Positions 1 through 11,278 of a DNA stretch of 64,000 nt are shown one piece after another. The notes under the pieces are model-generated. The model did no database searches. It had not been told where the DNA came from and saw nothing but the letters and a program-made list of their open reading frames with translations. The stretch comes from an uncultured Mariniplasma sp. GTDB taxonomy: Bacteria > Bacillota_I > Bacilli_A > Acholeplasmatales > Acholeplasmataceae. The stretch spans positions 28,654 through 92,653 of the forward strand of contig CAZMIG010000003.1 in assembly GCA_964566285.1 (NCBI GenBank), written 5' to 3'. Position 1 is the stretch's first letter, and each line of letters begins with the position of its first letter. A program made the translations under genes and the position numbers.

Positions 1-285
1 ATGCTCATTAAGAAGATCCATCCATTCAAAAATACGGTTAGCAATAGAAGAAAAAGCATTCTTCCTTTTGCTCTTCGAATGATTAAAAATGCAATTAAAA
101 CAATTGCAAAAAGAACAACAAAATTTCCGATTATCGCATTGATTTCACCAAGGAAAGTATGCTTAAAAGGTGCAATATATCTATTGAATCCTTGAATGGT
201 TAACATATAGGTATTGAGGATATTTAAAATGAAAAAAGCGATAACATAGAAAAAATAGATTAGTGATTGATTTTTCTTTTTCATC
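1..285 (-). CDS. Membrane protein, N-terminal fragment (gene continues beyond the left edge)
   Basis: My own translation of the minus strand from ATG at 285: MKKKNQSLIYFFYVIAFFILNILNTYMLTIQGF...LFAIVLIAFLIIRRAKGRMLFLLLLTVF. It is open to position 1, has GGAGAG upstream and several hydrophobic helices. It is absent from the ORF track because it has no stop in the window. Confidence 0.5.
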
Positions 286-350
286 TATAGGTCTCTCCTC
301 TTAATTTTTGTCGTCTATTCCATATTATACATTAAGAAAATAACAATAGC

Positions 351-380
351 AAAAAAACCATTCCAAAGAAGGAATGGTTT
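351..380 (-). terminator. Rho-independent terminator after gyrA
   Basis: Stem CCATTCC/GGAATGG (358-364/371-377) followed by a T-run on the minus strand (A7 at 351-357 on plus). Confidence 0.6.
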
Positions 381-395
381 ATCTTAGTTTATCTT

Positions 396-2999
396 TTATT
401 CATCAAATAGACTGTCAGTTGAAATGATTTCTTCTTGTTCTTCATCAGCTTCATCTGGAGCTAAATTTGTTGCTTCAAGAACTTTTTTTTCTTGTTCAAC
501 AGGAAGTGACTCCTGAATGAATTGTTGTTCTTCGACAAGATTTTCATCAACTTCATCTTGTCTAGGAATTAATGCAATTGTTGATACTTTATGATCAGGT
601 CTTAAACGAATAATTCTAACGCCTTGAGTTGCACGTTTCGTTTGAGAAATTTGATTTACATGTGTTCTGATAACAACGCCTTTATCTGAAACGACGATTA
701 AATCTTGGTCATTTGTAACAGTTCTAAGCGTTGATAGTTTACCATTCTTTTCAGTAACATTAACTGTCTTAACACCTTTACCACCACGAATTTGTTTGCG
801 GTACTCAGCAACGATAGTTCGCTTACCAAAGCCCTTTTCGGTAATAATGAGAATTTCTTCTTCATCATTATCAACAATAGCAATACCGACAATTTCATCT
901 TTTGGTCCAATGTTCATACCACGAACACCGCCAGCAGTTCTTCCCATTGATCTAGCATCAGTTTCAGCAAATCTAATCGCTTTACCATTAGATGCACCTA
1001 AGATAATTTCTTTAGTTCCGTCGGTTAACCTAACGCCTAACAGCTCATCATCTTCTTTAAGTGTGAGTGCAATAATACCGTTTGTTCTAATGTTCTGATA
1101 CTCACTAATTGGTGTTCGTTTTACAACACCTTTTTTAGTAATAAATGTCAAATATTCATTTTCAGCTTCGAAGTTTTTTACACTTGTGAATGATGTAAGA
1201 GTTTCATCTGAATCAAAGTCTAAGAGGTTGACAATAGGCAGACCTTTAGATTGTCTTGATCCTTCAGGTATTTGATAACCTTTGATTTTGTAAACTCTTC
1301 CTTTATTTGTGAAGAATAGATGATAGTCGTGGGTTGACGTCATGAGAATATGTTCAACATAATCATCTTCATGAACCTTGATGCCAGACATACCGACACC
1401 ACCACGATTTTGCGTCTTATAATGATCAACCTTCATCCGTTTGATGTATCCATTGTTAGTTACTGTAATGATGACATCTTCAACCGGAATTAAATCTTCA
1501 TTTTCAATACTTAAATCTTCAAGTAAATTAATTTCAGCTTCTCTAGGTTGATAGTAAGTTGCTCTTGTTGTAGAAAGTTCTTCTTTGATAATTTCAGTCT
1601 TTCTATCATTACTACCTATAATATCTTTGAAATCTATAATCTTAGCAACTAACTCTGTAAGTTCAGCTTCAATCTTTTCAATTTCTAATCCAGTTAAACG
1701 CTGAAGACGCATGTCAAGAATTGCTCTTGCTTGAATTTCAGAAAAACTATATTCAGCAATTAATGCTTCTCTAGCTTCTTCACCAGTACGGCTCTTTTTG
1801 ATAATTTCGATTGCGCGATCAATATCATGAAGCGCGATGACTAAACCATCTAAAATATGTTGTCTTGCTTCTGCCTTTTCTAGATCATAAATTGTTCTTC
1901 TTTGGATGACTTCTATCTGATGTTCAAGATAGTATTTAAGCATATCCTTTAAGGTCACCATTTGAGGTTGTCCATTAACCAATGCTATCATGTTAATTCC
2001 AAAGGATTGTTGAAGTTGTGTGTACTTATAAAGATTGTTCAACATGACATGAGGATTAACATCTCTTCTAAGTTCAATGACAATGCGCATTCCCTTACGA
2101 TTGGACTCATCTCTCAAATCTGTGATTCCTTCAACCATCTTCGCTTTTGCTATATCTGCAATACGTTCAATAAGTGTTGTTTTATTAACTTGGTAAGGAA
2201 TCGCTGTAACAATAATACTGTTTTTATTTTTATGTGTAATAATTTCAGCTGTTGCTCTATTTGCAATAATACCTTTACCAGTTTCATAGGCTTGACGCAA
2301 TCCAGTTAATCCTAGGACTTGTCCTCCAGTTGGAAAATCTGGGCCTTTGATATATTCCATGAGTTCAGCAATTGTTATTTCTTTGTTATCCATATATGCA
2401 AGAAGTCCATCGATGACTTCTGCAAGATTATGAGGTGGAATGTTGGTTGCCATACCTACGGCAATACCCGTTGATCCATTGACTAACAAATTCGGATATC
2501 TTGCTGGTAGTACACTAGGTTCGCGTTCTGAACCATCATAGTTATCAACATAATTAACTGTGTTTTTTTCTAAATCTCTAACAAGTTCTCCAGCTAATTT
2601 AGACATTCTTGCTTCGGTGTAACGCATTGCTGCTGCTCCATCACCATCAACAGAACCAAAATTACCGTGTCCATCAATTAGAGGCATACGATATGAAAAG
2701 GGTTGTGCCATACGAACCATAGCTTCATAGATACTTGAATCACCATGAGGGTGATATTTGCCCATAACTTCCCCAACGATTCTTGCTGATTTTTTATGTG
2801 CTGTAGATGAGGACATTCCCAAATCATTCATCACATATAAAATACGTCTTTGAACTGGCTTTAGCCCGTCTCTAATATCTGGAAGTGCTCGTGAAACAAT
2901 GACGCTCATTGCGTAATTTAAGAATGATGTCTTCATTTCTGTGGAGATATTTATTTCTTTTACATATCCCTCAGTTGTCTTTACGTTATTATTGTCCAT
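396..2999 (-). CDS. gyrA: DNA gyrase subunit A
   Basis: 867 aa. Contains the [10 protein letters not shown] active-site region and C-terminal beta-pinwheel repeats. Lies directly downstream of gyrB and has an acidic C-terminal tail. Confidence 0.97.
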   Translation of the reverse strand: MDNNNVKTTEGYVKEINISTEMKTSFLNYAMSVIVSRALPDIRDGLKPVQRRILYVMNDLGMSSSTAHKKSARIVGEVMGKYHPHGDSSIYEAMVRMAQPFSYRMPLIDGHGNFGSVDGDGAAAMRYTEARMSKLAGELVRDLEKNTVNYVDNYDGSEREPSVLPARYPNLLVNGSTGIAVGMATNIPPHNLAEVIDGLLAYMDNKEITIAELMEYIKGPDFPTGGQVLGLTGLRQAYETGKGIIANRATAEIITHKNKNSIIVTAIPYQVNKTTLIERIADIAKAKMVEGITDLRDESNRKGMRIVIELRRDVNPHVMLNNLYKYTQLQQSFGINMIALVNGQPQMVTLKDMLKYYLEHQIEVIQRRTIYDLEKAEARQHILDGLVIALHDIDRAIEIIKKSRTGEEAREALIAEYSFSEIQARAILDMRLQRLTGLEIEKIEAELTELVAKIIDFKDIIGSNDRKTEIIKEELSTTRATYYQPREAEINLLEDLSIENEDLIPVEDVIITVTNNGYIKRMKVDHYKTQNRGGVGMSGIKVHEDDYVEHILMTSTHDYHLFFTNKGRVYKIKGYQIPEGSRQSKGLPIVNLLDFDSDETLTSFTSVKNFEAENEYLTFITKKGVVKRTPISEYQNIRTNGIIALTLKEDDELLGVRLTDGTKEIILGASNGKAIRFAETDARSMGRTAGGVRGMNIGPKDEIVGIAIVDNDEEEILIITEKGFGKRTIVAEYRKQIRGGKGVKTVNVTEKNGKLSTLRTVTNDQDLIVVSDKGVVIRTHVNQISQTKRATQGVRIIRLRPDHKVSTIALIPRQDEVDENLVEEQQFIQESLPVEQEKKVLEATNLAPDEADEEQEEIISTDSLFDE

Positions 3000-3013
3000 T
3001 TATATCATCCTTC

Positions 3014-4912
<1,899 letters not shown>

Positions 4913-5941
4913 CTACTCCTTTTTCAAATGAATCATTTGTATATGCTCACCCTCAATTGGCAGGGCGCTGTTCATTAATATTTGATGTCCTTTTGGTAAA
5001 TGATCTAAGAATAACTTTTGTTTCTCAAAATCAAGTTCACTTAGAACATCGTCCAACAACAAGACAACTTGTTTGTTGGTCTTATGCTCAATGAGCTTTA
5101 ATAGCGCTAATTTCAACGCTACAACAATTAAACGTTGTTCCCCTTGTGATGCATAACTCTTTGCATCAAAACCGTTAAAATCGATGTAGAAGTCATCTCT
5201 GTGTGGCCCCGAAAGTGTGTTTTGATAGATAATATCTTGTTTTTGTTGTTTATTTAGTGCATTTTTAAATCCTTTTTCATCTACATCAGGTTTATATATT
5301 AGTTTCACATGATGTTCACTAAACAATGAGTAAATTTCATATAAATATTGATTAATTTCCTCAATAAATTCTCTTCTTTGATTAATAATTTCAATTCCCG
5401 CTTCAAATAGTTGATCACCCAAAATATTTAAAAATGTATAGTCGTCTTCAATTCCAATCTTTTTAAGCAAACTGTTTCTTTGTTTAAGCACATTTTTATA
5501 CGTGTTTAGCTGTTTTAAATATCCTTTACTTAACTGCATCCACTCCAAATCAAGAAATTGTCTGCGATTACTCGGTGAACCTTTAATTAAATCTAAATCT
5601 TCAGGAGCAAACATCACAACTCTTAAATGTCCAATAAAATCACTAATCTTTCTTTTTTCTATAGAGTCGATTGATGCTCTTTTACCATGTTTAGATAAAA
5701 CTAAATCAAATTTATTTTCATCAGTAATTACTCTTACATGTGTAAATGGTTCATTTCTTTTAATCAACTCTTTTTCGTCACTTGTTCGATGTGATTTTGT
5801 TGTTGCACAAAAATAAATACTTTCTAAAATGCTTGTTTTTCCGGATCCATTAATACCATCAATATAGACAAAGGGTTTATCAAATTTAAGTTCAAGGAAT
5901 TCATGATTCCTAAAATTTTTAAGTGTTATTTTTTGAATCAT
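4913..5941 (-). CDS. recF: DNA replication and repair protein RecF
   Basis: 342 aa. Walker A GINGSGKTS, SMC-like signature SQGEQR, Walker B LLLDDV. Canonical position between yaaA and gyrB. Confidence 0.93.
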   Translation of the reverse strand: MIQKITLKNFRNHEFLELKFDKPFVYIDGINGSGKTSILESIYFCATTKSHRTSDEKELIKRNEPFTHVRVITDENKFDLVLSKHGKRASIDSIEKRKISDFIGHLRVVMFAPEDLDLIKGSPSNRRQFLDLEWMQLSKGYLKQLNTYKNVLKQRNSLLKKIGIEDDYTFLNILGDQLFEAGIEIINQRREFIEEINQYLYEIYSLFSEHHVKLIYKPDVDEKGFKNALNKQQKQDIIYQNTLSGPHRDDFYIDFNGFDAKSYASQGEQRLIVVALKLALLKLIEHKTNKQVVLLLDDVLSELDFEKQKLFLDHLPKGHQILMNSALPIEGEHIQMIHLKKE

Positions 5942-6146
5942 AAATAATAAAATACTCAGAATTTTTTACGATAACTTTATCACCATGAAAGAGTTTTTTC
6001 CCACGTTCTTTTCTTTTTTCTCCATTGACATAAACGTCATTTTCAAATAAAAAAAACTTGGCTTCTCCTCCGGAACCAATCTGATCGGTTGCTTTTAAAA
6101 ATTGTCCTAAAGTTATGAAATCTGTATTTATTTTAAATTTATTCAT
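5919..6146 (-). CDS. yaaA: S4-domain RNA-binding protein (YaaA-like)
   Basis: 75 aa. Sits between dnaN and recF as in Bacillus. S4-like sequence ITLGQFLK...VYVNGEKRKERGKKL. Overlaps the recF start by 23 nt. Confidence 0.8.
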   Translation of the reverse strand: MNKFKINTDFITLGQFLKATDQIGSGGEAKFFLFENDVYVNGEKRKERGKKLFHGDKVIVKNSEYFIIYDSKNNT

Positions 6147-6247
6147 TCATTTACCCTCTTGCTACTTTTATATTATATCATAATATAAGGAAAAAAACAC
6201 CTATTTTTGAGTTTTTTTTCATAATAAACCTCTATTGAAAGTAGGCA

Positions 6248-6280
6248 TAAAAAAAAGCCTTAAATTTGAAATTAAGGCTG
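6248..6280 (-). terminator. Rho-independent terminator after dnaN
   Basis: Stem AGCCTTAA/TTAAGGCT (6256-6263/6272-6279), followed by a T-run on the minus strand. Confidence 0.6.
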
Positions 6281-6290
6281 TTTATTTGGA

Positions 6291-7421
6291 TTAATCTATA
6301 CGTACCGGTAAAATTAGATGTAATAAGTCTTGATCTAAATTTCCTTTAATTACGAAAGGTTTGACTTCTCCAGCAAATTGAATTAAGACTTCACTTGAAC
6401 TAAATGATTTGAGTGATTCTACCAAATATCTTGAACTGAATGCAATCTTGATTGGTGGTCCAATAACATCTGAAGATGGAATGATTTCTTCTAGTGCATC
6501 ACCAACTTCATTATTTGTGGAAGTCATTTCTACAACATAATCAGGACGTAAACTTAATTTGATAATATTGTAGTTTGTTTCACGATCTCTTGGGGAAAGT
6601 AAAGAGACACGTTCTACAGCTGCAAGTAACTCTTCTTTATTAAATGGAATAACTACTGGAAATTCAGTTGGAATTATTCTTAATGTATCAGGATAAGTTC
6701 CTTCAAGTAGTCTTGTTTGAAATAAAACTTTATTCATTTTAAATAAAACTTTGTTTGGATTAATGTATAATTCAACATCGCCATTTATATTATCGAGAAT
6801 TTTATTTAATTCATCTAAACTCTTACTTGGAACAACAATATCAAACATCTTAGAATGTGTTCTTAATTTAACATTTTTCTGACTTAAACGATAACTATCT
6901 GTTGCAACACAATACAAATGATTATCATGATATTTGAAATTTACACCAGTAAGAATTGGTCTTTTTTCACTGGTTGCAGTGGCAAAATTAGTTTCTTTAA
7001 TAACTGTTTTGATTAAAACACTATCCAAAACAATTGGATCATCTAAGTCTAAAAAGTCTATTTCTGGATAATCTTCAACATCCATTAAACGCAATTTAAA
7101 TTCAGAACGATCTGCTTTAATTACAATTAATTTATCCTCAATCAACGCAAACTCAACACGTTGTGAAGTAATTTTTCTAATAATTTCAATTAGATATTTA
7201 CCAGGAATTGCAACTTTACCAGGTTCTTTAATACTCAACGAATGATCATCGATTAATACTTGAATTGCAACATCTGTATTACTTGATGTTATCAACATGT
7301 GATCTTCATGTACTTCAAATTTAACAGCGTAAAGAATTGGTAAGGGTGTTTTGTTTGGTAACCCTTTTTGAACTATAAGTAATTGTGTTAATAAAATGTC
7401 TCGATCGATACTGAAAATCAT
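6291..7421 (-). CDS. dnaN: DNA polymerase III beta sliding clamp
   Basis: 376 aa of three-domain clamp length. Directly downstream of dnaA. RBS AAAGGAG. Confidence 0.93.
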   Translation of the reverse strand: MIFSIDRDILLTQLLIVQKGLPNKTPLPILYAVKFEVHEDHMLITSSNTDVAIQVLIDDHSLSIKEPGKVAIPGKYLIEIIRKITSQRVEFALIEDKLIVIKADRSEFKLRLMDVEDYPEIDFLDLDDPIVLDSVLIKTVIKETNFATATSEKRPILTGVNFKYHDNHLYCVATDSYRLSQKNVKLRTHSKMFDIVVPSKSLDELNKILDNINGDVELYINPNKVLFKMNKVLFQTRLLEGTYPDTLRIIPTEFPVVIPFNKEELLAAVERVSLLSPRDRETNYNIIKLSLRPDYVVEMTSTNNEVGDALEEIIPSSDVIGPPIKIAFSSRYLVESLKSFSSSEVLIQFAGEVKPFVIKGNLDQDLLHLILPVRID

Positions 7422-7552
7422 AGCGGTAGCTCCTTTTATTTATTTAGTTTAAATCTTTAATTATTGTTGTTACAATTGTGGGTTTGTGGATAAAACTCAG
7501 AAAGGCTTTATACTGCTATTATTATAACATATTTCCAACAAGTTATAAACAC
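7422..7552. other. dnaA-dnaN intergenic region, possible second half of a bipartite oriC
   Basis: One perfect DnaA box followed (in the dnaA direction) by a very AT-rich stretch ATTGTAACAACAATAATTAAAGATTTAAACTAAATAAATAAAA. Confidence 0.5.
7485..7493 (-). promoter_or_regulatory. DnaA box (perfect TTATCCACA on the minus strand)
   Basis: Plus strand reads TGTGGATAA. Confidence 0.7.
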
Positions 7553-8917
7553 TTATTTTTTATTAAATGCGTCTATTTTTTTGATAATTGTATCAACTGC
7601 AAGTTTTAATGTTGGATTTTGTTTAATTTCATTATCGATCTTTTCACAAGCAGCTAAAACTGTTGAGTGATCCCTATCTCCAAATAAAGTTCCAATTGTT
7701 TTATAAGGTATATTATATCTTGATTTAATTAAATACATTGCAATATGCCTTGGAAGAATATATTTAGAATGCCTTTTTTGACCAATTAAATCTTCAAGAG
7801 TTATTCCATAAAAATCACTAACAATACTCTGTATTTTATCATAATTATTTTCATTCAAAGAATCACTCTTACGCTTTGTCTTTAATAGTGGTTCTAGGGC
7901 TTCATTAACAGATTCAACTGTTAAATCAAGATTGTTAGTTAAGCAATAAAACAAGACACGTTTTAATGCTCCTTCAAGCTCTCTAATATTTGTTACAAAA
8001 GATGAAGCAATAAACTCTAAAACATCATTTGGAATATCATGAATATCAGAAGATTCAGTAGCAAGTTTTCTTTTCAGAATTTCTATACGGTGTTCTAAAT
8101 CTGGAACTTGAATATCAACAGTTAACCCTACTTCAAAACGTGAGGTTAAACGTGTCATAATGTTCTTTAATTCAGATGCCGGTTTATCACTAGTTATAAC
8201 AATTTGTTTGTTTTGTTGATATAAATAGTCAAACAATTTAAAGAATTCCATCTGGGTCTTAGTAGCACCACCCATGATTTGAATATCATCAACTAATAAA
8301 ATATCAATTTCACGATATTTTGAATTAAAATCTTCCATACGTTCCTTCTTTAATAAGTTGGCAAAATCTTCAATAAAACCATCAGCTTTCACGTATAAAA
8401 CTTTTTGATTTATATCTTCATCAAGGATGTAATTACCAATTGCTTGCATTAAATGGGTTTTTCCTAGTCCAACATCCCCAAAGATGTATAATGGATTTGC
8501 TACAGCACCAGGTTGATCTGCAACCTTCATTGCCATTCTAAAAGCAAACATGTTACTTTTACCAACAACAAAGTTATCAAAAGCATAAGTTGCATTCAAA
8601 TTACCAGGACGGTACTTTAGACCAAGGTTTCTTTCGGGACTAGTCAAAGTCTCTTCTGGAACGAGTTCAGATTCAACAACAAATTTAAAACGAATAGGCT
8701 CTTGATGGTATTTTATAGCCAATTCGTTAATTTTACTTAAGTATAAACGATTGATTCTATTTTTGATAAATTCAGTAGGAACTAGCACATAAACATGTCC
8801 GTTAGAGTATTTATGTGTCGTCTTTAAGGGTTCAAAAACATCAGCAAATGTTTCTTCGCTGAAAGTAAGTTCTAAATCGTTAAGTATTTTTTGCCATAAA
8901 AGATCATAAATGTTCAT
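7553..8917 (-). CDS. dnaA: Chromosomal replication initiator DnaA
   Basis: 454 aa. AAA+ Walker A GDVGLGKTH, Walker B LLVDDIQ, C-terminal DNA-binding domain with DRDHSTV. Confidence 0.97.
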   Translation of the reverse strand: MNIYDLLWQKILNDLELTFSEETFADVFEPLKTTHKYSNGHVYVLVPTEFIKNRINRLYLSKINELAIKYHQEPIRFKFVVESELVPEETLTSPERNLGLKYRPGNLNATYAFDNFVVGKSNMFAFRMAMKVADQPGAVANPLYIFGDVGLGKTHLMQAIGNYILDEDINQKVLYVKADGFIEDFANLLKKERMEDFNSKYREIDILLVDDIQIMGGATKTQMEFFKLFDYLYQQNKQIVITSDKPASELKNIMTRLTSRFEVGLTVDIQVPDLEHRIEILKRKLATESSDIHDIPNDVLEFIASSFVTNIRELEGALKRVLFYCLTNNLDLTVESVNEALEPLLKTKRKSDSLNENNYDKIQSIVSDFYGITLEDLIGQKRHSKYILPRHIAMYLIKSRYNIPYKTIGTLFGDRDHSTVLAACEKIDNEIKQNPTLKLAVDTIIKKIDAFNKK

Positions 8918-8994
8918 TAATTTGTCCCCTTAATCTTGTGTAAATATGATATCATGAATATGGCGAGATAAATAAAATACTTACCAACATAATT

Positions 8995-9003
8995 TGTGGA
9001 TAA
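8995..9003 (-). promoter_or_regulatory. DnaA box (perfect)
   Basis: Plus strand TGTGGATAA. Confidence 0.7.
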
Positions 9004-9094
9004 CTTTTTTTTACATACATAGTCATTGTGGAAAGATTGTGCACAAAAGTAGTTGATAGAATGCATTACAAAGGGCTCTTTTTGATTTACCCCT

Positions 9095-9103
9095 TTATCC
9101 ACA
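9095..9103 (+). promoter_or_regulatory. DnaA box (perfect)
   Basis: Plus strand TTATCCACA. Confidence 0.7.
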
Positions 9104-9115
9104 AAACTTCAAAAT

Positions 9116-9124
9116 TGTGAATAA
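9116..9124 (-). promoter_or_regulatory. DnaA box (1 mismatch)
   Basis: Plus strand TGTGAATAA. A 2-mismatch box TTTCCCACA lies adjacent at 9126-9134. Confidence 0.45.
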
Positions 9125-9234
9125 GTTTCCCACAAACGAAGCTAATTACTCATGATGAAAATGAAATGAAAATGGTTACTTTGAAATTTAATTTTAGAAA
9201 TAAAAAAAAATAATGAAAAAAAGAATGATTAAGG

Positions 9235-9263
9235 TTGACAAAAAGTAGCTCTTTTTATATAAT
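9235..9263 (+). promoter_or_regulatory. Sigma-A type promoter for rpmH
   Basis: TTGACA (9235-9240), 17-nt spacer, TATAAT (9258-9263). Confidence 0.65.
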
Positions 9264-9300
9264 GAATTAGCATGGTTTCGCAAGAAAGGTGGTTTTATTT

Positions 9301-9435
9301 GTGAAAAGAACGTATCAACCAAGTAAGCTCAAACGTCAAAAGACGCACGGATTCAGAGCTAGAATGGCTACTGCCGGTGGTCGTCGAGTACTTGCTCGTC
9401 GCAGATTGAAAGGCCGCGCAGAGTTAACTGTATAA
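9301..9435 (+). CDS. rpmH: 50S ribosomal protein L34
   Basis: Not in the ORF track (44 aa, GTG start). My translation is [55 protein letters not shown] upstream. Confidence 0.92.
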   Translation: MKRTYQPSKLKRQKTHGFRARMATAGGRRVLARRRLKGRAELTV

Positions 9436-9457
9436 TTTAAATTATTTTAAAACACTA

Positions 9458-9509
9458 GGACTACTCGTTAAAATAATAACTTTTTGTTATTTTGAGTAGT
9501 CCTTTTTTT
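9458..9509 (+). terminator. Hairpin plus T7 between rpmH and rnpA
   Basis: Stem GGACTACTC (9458-9466) pairs with GAGTAGTCC (9494-9502), with an AT-rich inner stem-loop, followed by T7 at 9503-9509. Confidence 0.6.
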
Positions 9510-9515
9510 AAAACT

Positions 9516-9866
9516 ATGAACAAGAGATATCGCATTAAGAAAAGTAGCGAAATCGATGCGGTTTTCAAAGTTAAAAAAGTTAAAGGTGACAGTTATTTTG
9601 TGGTCTATCAATCTGAGGATCCAAATGGAATCAATTTCCGTTTTGCTCTTTCAATTGGAAAAAAGTATGGAAATGCAGTTTCAAGAAATTTAGCAAAGCG
9701 AAGAATTAGAATGATTGTAAGTGAATTTGAGAATCAATTTATGAGCAATAAATTGTTTGTTATCGTTATTAAACCTCTAGCTCACGAGTTATCATATCAA
9801 GAAATTAAGGACAAATTAACAGTCCTATTCAAAAAATCGAAATTAATGGAGAATACAAATGAGTAA
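9516..9866 (+). CDS. rnpA: Ribonuclease P protein component
   Basis: 116 aa from ATG 9516 (MNKRYRIKK...). RNR-type motif NAVSRNLAKRRIR. The ORF-track start at 9492 lies inside the upstream terminator hairpin, so I trimmed it. Confidence 0.85.
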   Translation: MNKRYRIKKSSEIDAVFKVKKVKGDSYFVVYQSEDPNGINFRFALSIGKKYGNAVSRNLAKRRIRMIVSEFENQFMSNKLFVIVIKPLAHELSYQEIKDKLTVLFKKSKLMENTNE

Positions 9867-11271
9867 AAGACTATTTTTTATAGCTATGATCTTAATGCTT
9901 GTTTTCAGTTTAGCAGCATGTGGATCAAAAGAAGATCCAGTAACTATGATTGTAGTAAACAACCCAATCGGTGATACAACTGCTTTGGATAAGTTAGTGT
10001 TTTCATCCGATGAAGCCAATAGTATTGTATTTAAAGGTGACAATGGACTATCTTATTGGACACTAACTGAAGGAGGCGCTGGATCTTTAATTGATTATGA
10101 AGGTTCACTTCCCACGAATGTTGTAGAAACAGAAGGTGTACGCACATATACCTTTGATGTAGGTGGTATGCCAGCTAGCTTTCAAGTTTATGTCATTCCA
10201 GATACAATTGTTGGAGATCCGAATGATATCGTTATGACAGCATTTCGCTTCGAAAAAAACAGCATACTATATCAGCAAGGTGAAGCATTTAATTCAAATG
10301 GAATTACAGTTTATGCTGTTCACCGTGATGGTAGTGTAGATACTTTAAATGGAGCAGATGTTGCTGCAAGTTTTGATGATTACGAATATTCACCAATTAA
10401 TGATAGCGGATTTAATAACAAAATTAGTTATACCGTAACATTCACATATCAAGGATTCACACACGATTTTGATGTTTACGTGGCAGGTGGAGAAAGACCT
10501 CTTTCAACAGTGAATGCTAATTTCTTTGATTGGATATTAGTTATTCCAGTAGCATTTCTTATGAATTTCTTTGGAGGGCTCTTCGGTAATTCATTTGCAC
10601 TAGGTATTTTATTTACAACAATTATCATACGTACGCTCGCGTGGCCAATTTATGCGAAGAGCAATGATTTATCAATTAAGATGAATGTTGCTCAACCAGA
10701 CATGCAACGTGTTCAAGCAAAATATGCAACAAGAAAAGATCCACAATCACAACAAATGCAACAAATGGAAATGATGCAGGTTTATAAAAAACATGGAATT
10801 AATGTCTTAGGATGTCTATTACCATTCCTTCAAATGCCTATCTTTATCGCAATGTATGGCGTTGTTAGACGTATCACTGTTCCAGGTGGATTGTATGTTG
10901 ACAATGTTATTAATACTCAATTTTTAGGGATTAACCTCGCAAATACTCAAGATGGTATTATCGGTATGGGGTTAGCAGCGATTGTAGGAGGAACTATGTT
11001 CCTCCTACAAAGAATTTCAATGAAGAAACCAAGTTATGCAAAAAACACTGTTTCTCATAATCCAAATGCACAAGCGGCGCAAACTCAAAAAACAATGAAA
11101 TATGTCAGTTACTTTATGGTTATTATGATGGCGTTTGCATCATTCCAGAGTAACGCACTTGCTCTTTACTGGATTTTTGGTAACATTTACTCACTAGGTC
11201 AAACACTAGTCAACAGAAGATTGAATGAAAAGAAGCACGAACAATTGCAGCAAAAACAATTAATGGGGTGA
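9859..11271 (+). CDS. yidC: YidC/Oxa1-family membrane insertase, lipoprotein with a long extracellular N-terminal domain
   Basis: 470 aa. Lipobox LAAC. Residues about 23-215 form extra Ig-like beta-rich sequence. The C-terminal half is a typical YidC core (IIIRTLAWPIYAKS...MQVYKKHGINVLGCLLPFLQMPIF). Overlaps the rnpA stop by 8 nt. Confidence 0.85.
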   Translation: MSKRLFFIAMILMLVFSLAACGSKEDPVTMIVVNNPIGDTTALDKLVFSSDEANSIVFKGDNGLSYWTLTEGGAGSLIDYEGSLPTNVVETEGVRTYTFDVGGMPASFQVYVIPDTIVGDPNDIVMTAFRFEKNSILYQQGEAFNSNGITVYAVHRDGSVDTLNGADVAASFDDYEYSPINDSGFNNKISYTVTFTYQGFTHDFDVYVAGGERPLSTVNANFFDWILVIPVAFLMNFFGGLFGNSFALGILFTTIIIRTLAWPIYAKSNDLSIKMNVAQPDMQRVQAKYATRKDPQSQQMQQMEMMQVYKKHGINVLGCLLPFLQMPIFIAMYGVVRRITVPGGLYVDNVINTQFLGINLANTQDGIIGMGLAAIVGGTMFLLQRISMKKPSYAKNTVSHNPNAQAAQTQKTMKYVSYFMVIMMAFASFQSNALALYWIFGNIYSLGQTLVNRRLNEKKHEQLQQKQLMG

Positions 11272-11278
11272 TTGAATT

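Larger units (their letters stand above)
8918..9234. other. oriC region upstream of dnaA (DnaA-box cluster plus AT-rich tract)
   Basis: Two perfect DnaA boxes and several degenerate ones. AT-rich 9150-9232 includes ATGAAAATGAAATGAAAATGG and A9/A7 runs. Lies between divergent dnaA and rpmH. Confidence 0.7.

Noticed and set aside
1-195. Plus-strand 64-aa ORF at the left edge
   Set aside because: It lies antisense to a much better minus-strand membrane-protein gene (ATG at 285 with an RBS, open to position 1). It has no RBS and is likely an AT-rich shadow ORF.
8917-9102. 61-aa minus-strand ORF immediately upstream of dnaA
   Set aside because: It covers the DnaA-box cluster of the origin, has no RBS and no recognisable protein features. 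I treat it as non-coding oriC sequence.
9492-9515. Longer N-terminal extensions suggested by the ORF track (rnpA 9492, permease 18350, SBP 19773, giant gene 24366, nuclease B 29587, nrnA 32358, dnaX 37064, 40654, fba 41449, acidic lipoprotein 47535, GH13 57262)
   Set aside because: In each case an internal ATG or GTG is preceded at 5-10 nt by a GGAGG-like RBS and yields a canonical N-terminus (signal peptide or conserved start). The extensions run through terminators, RBSs or upstream stop regions.
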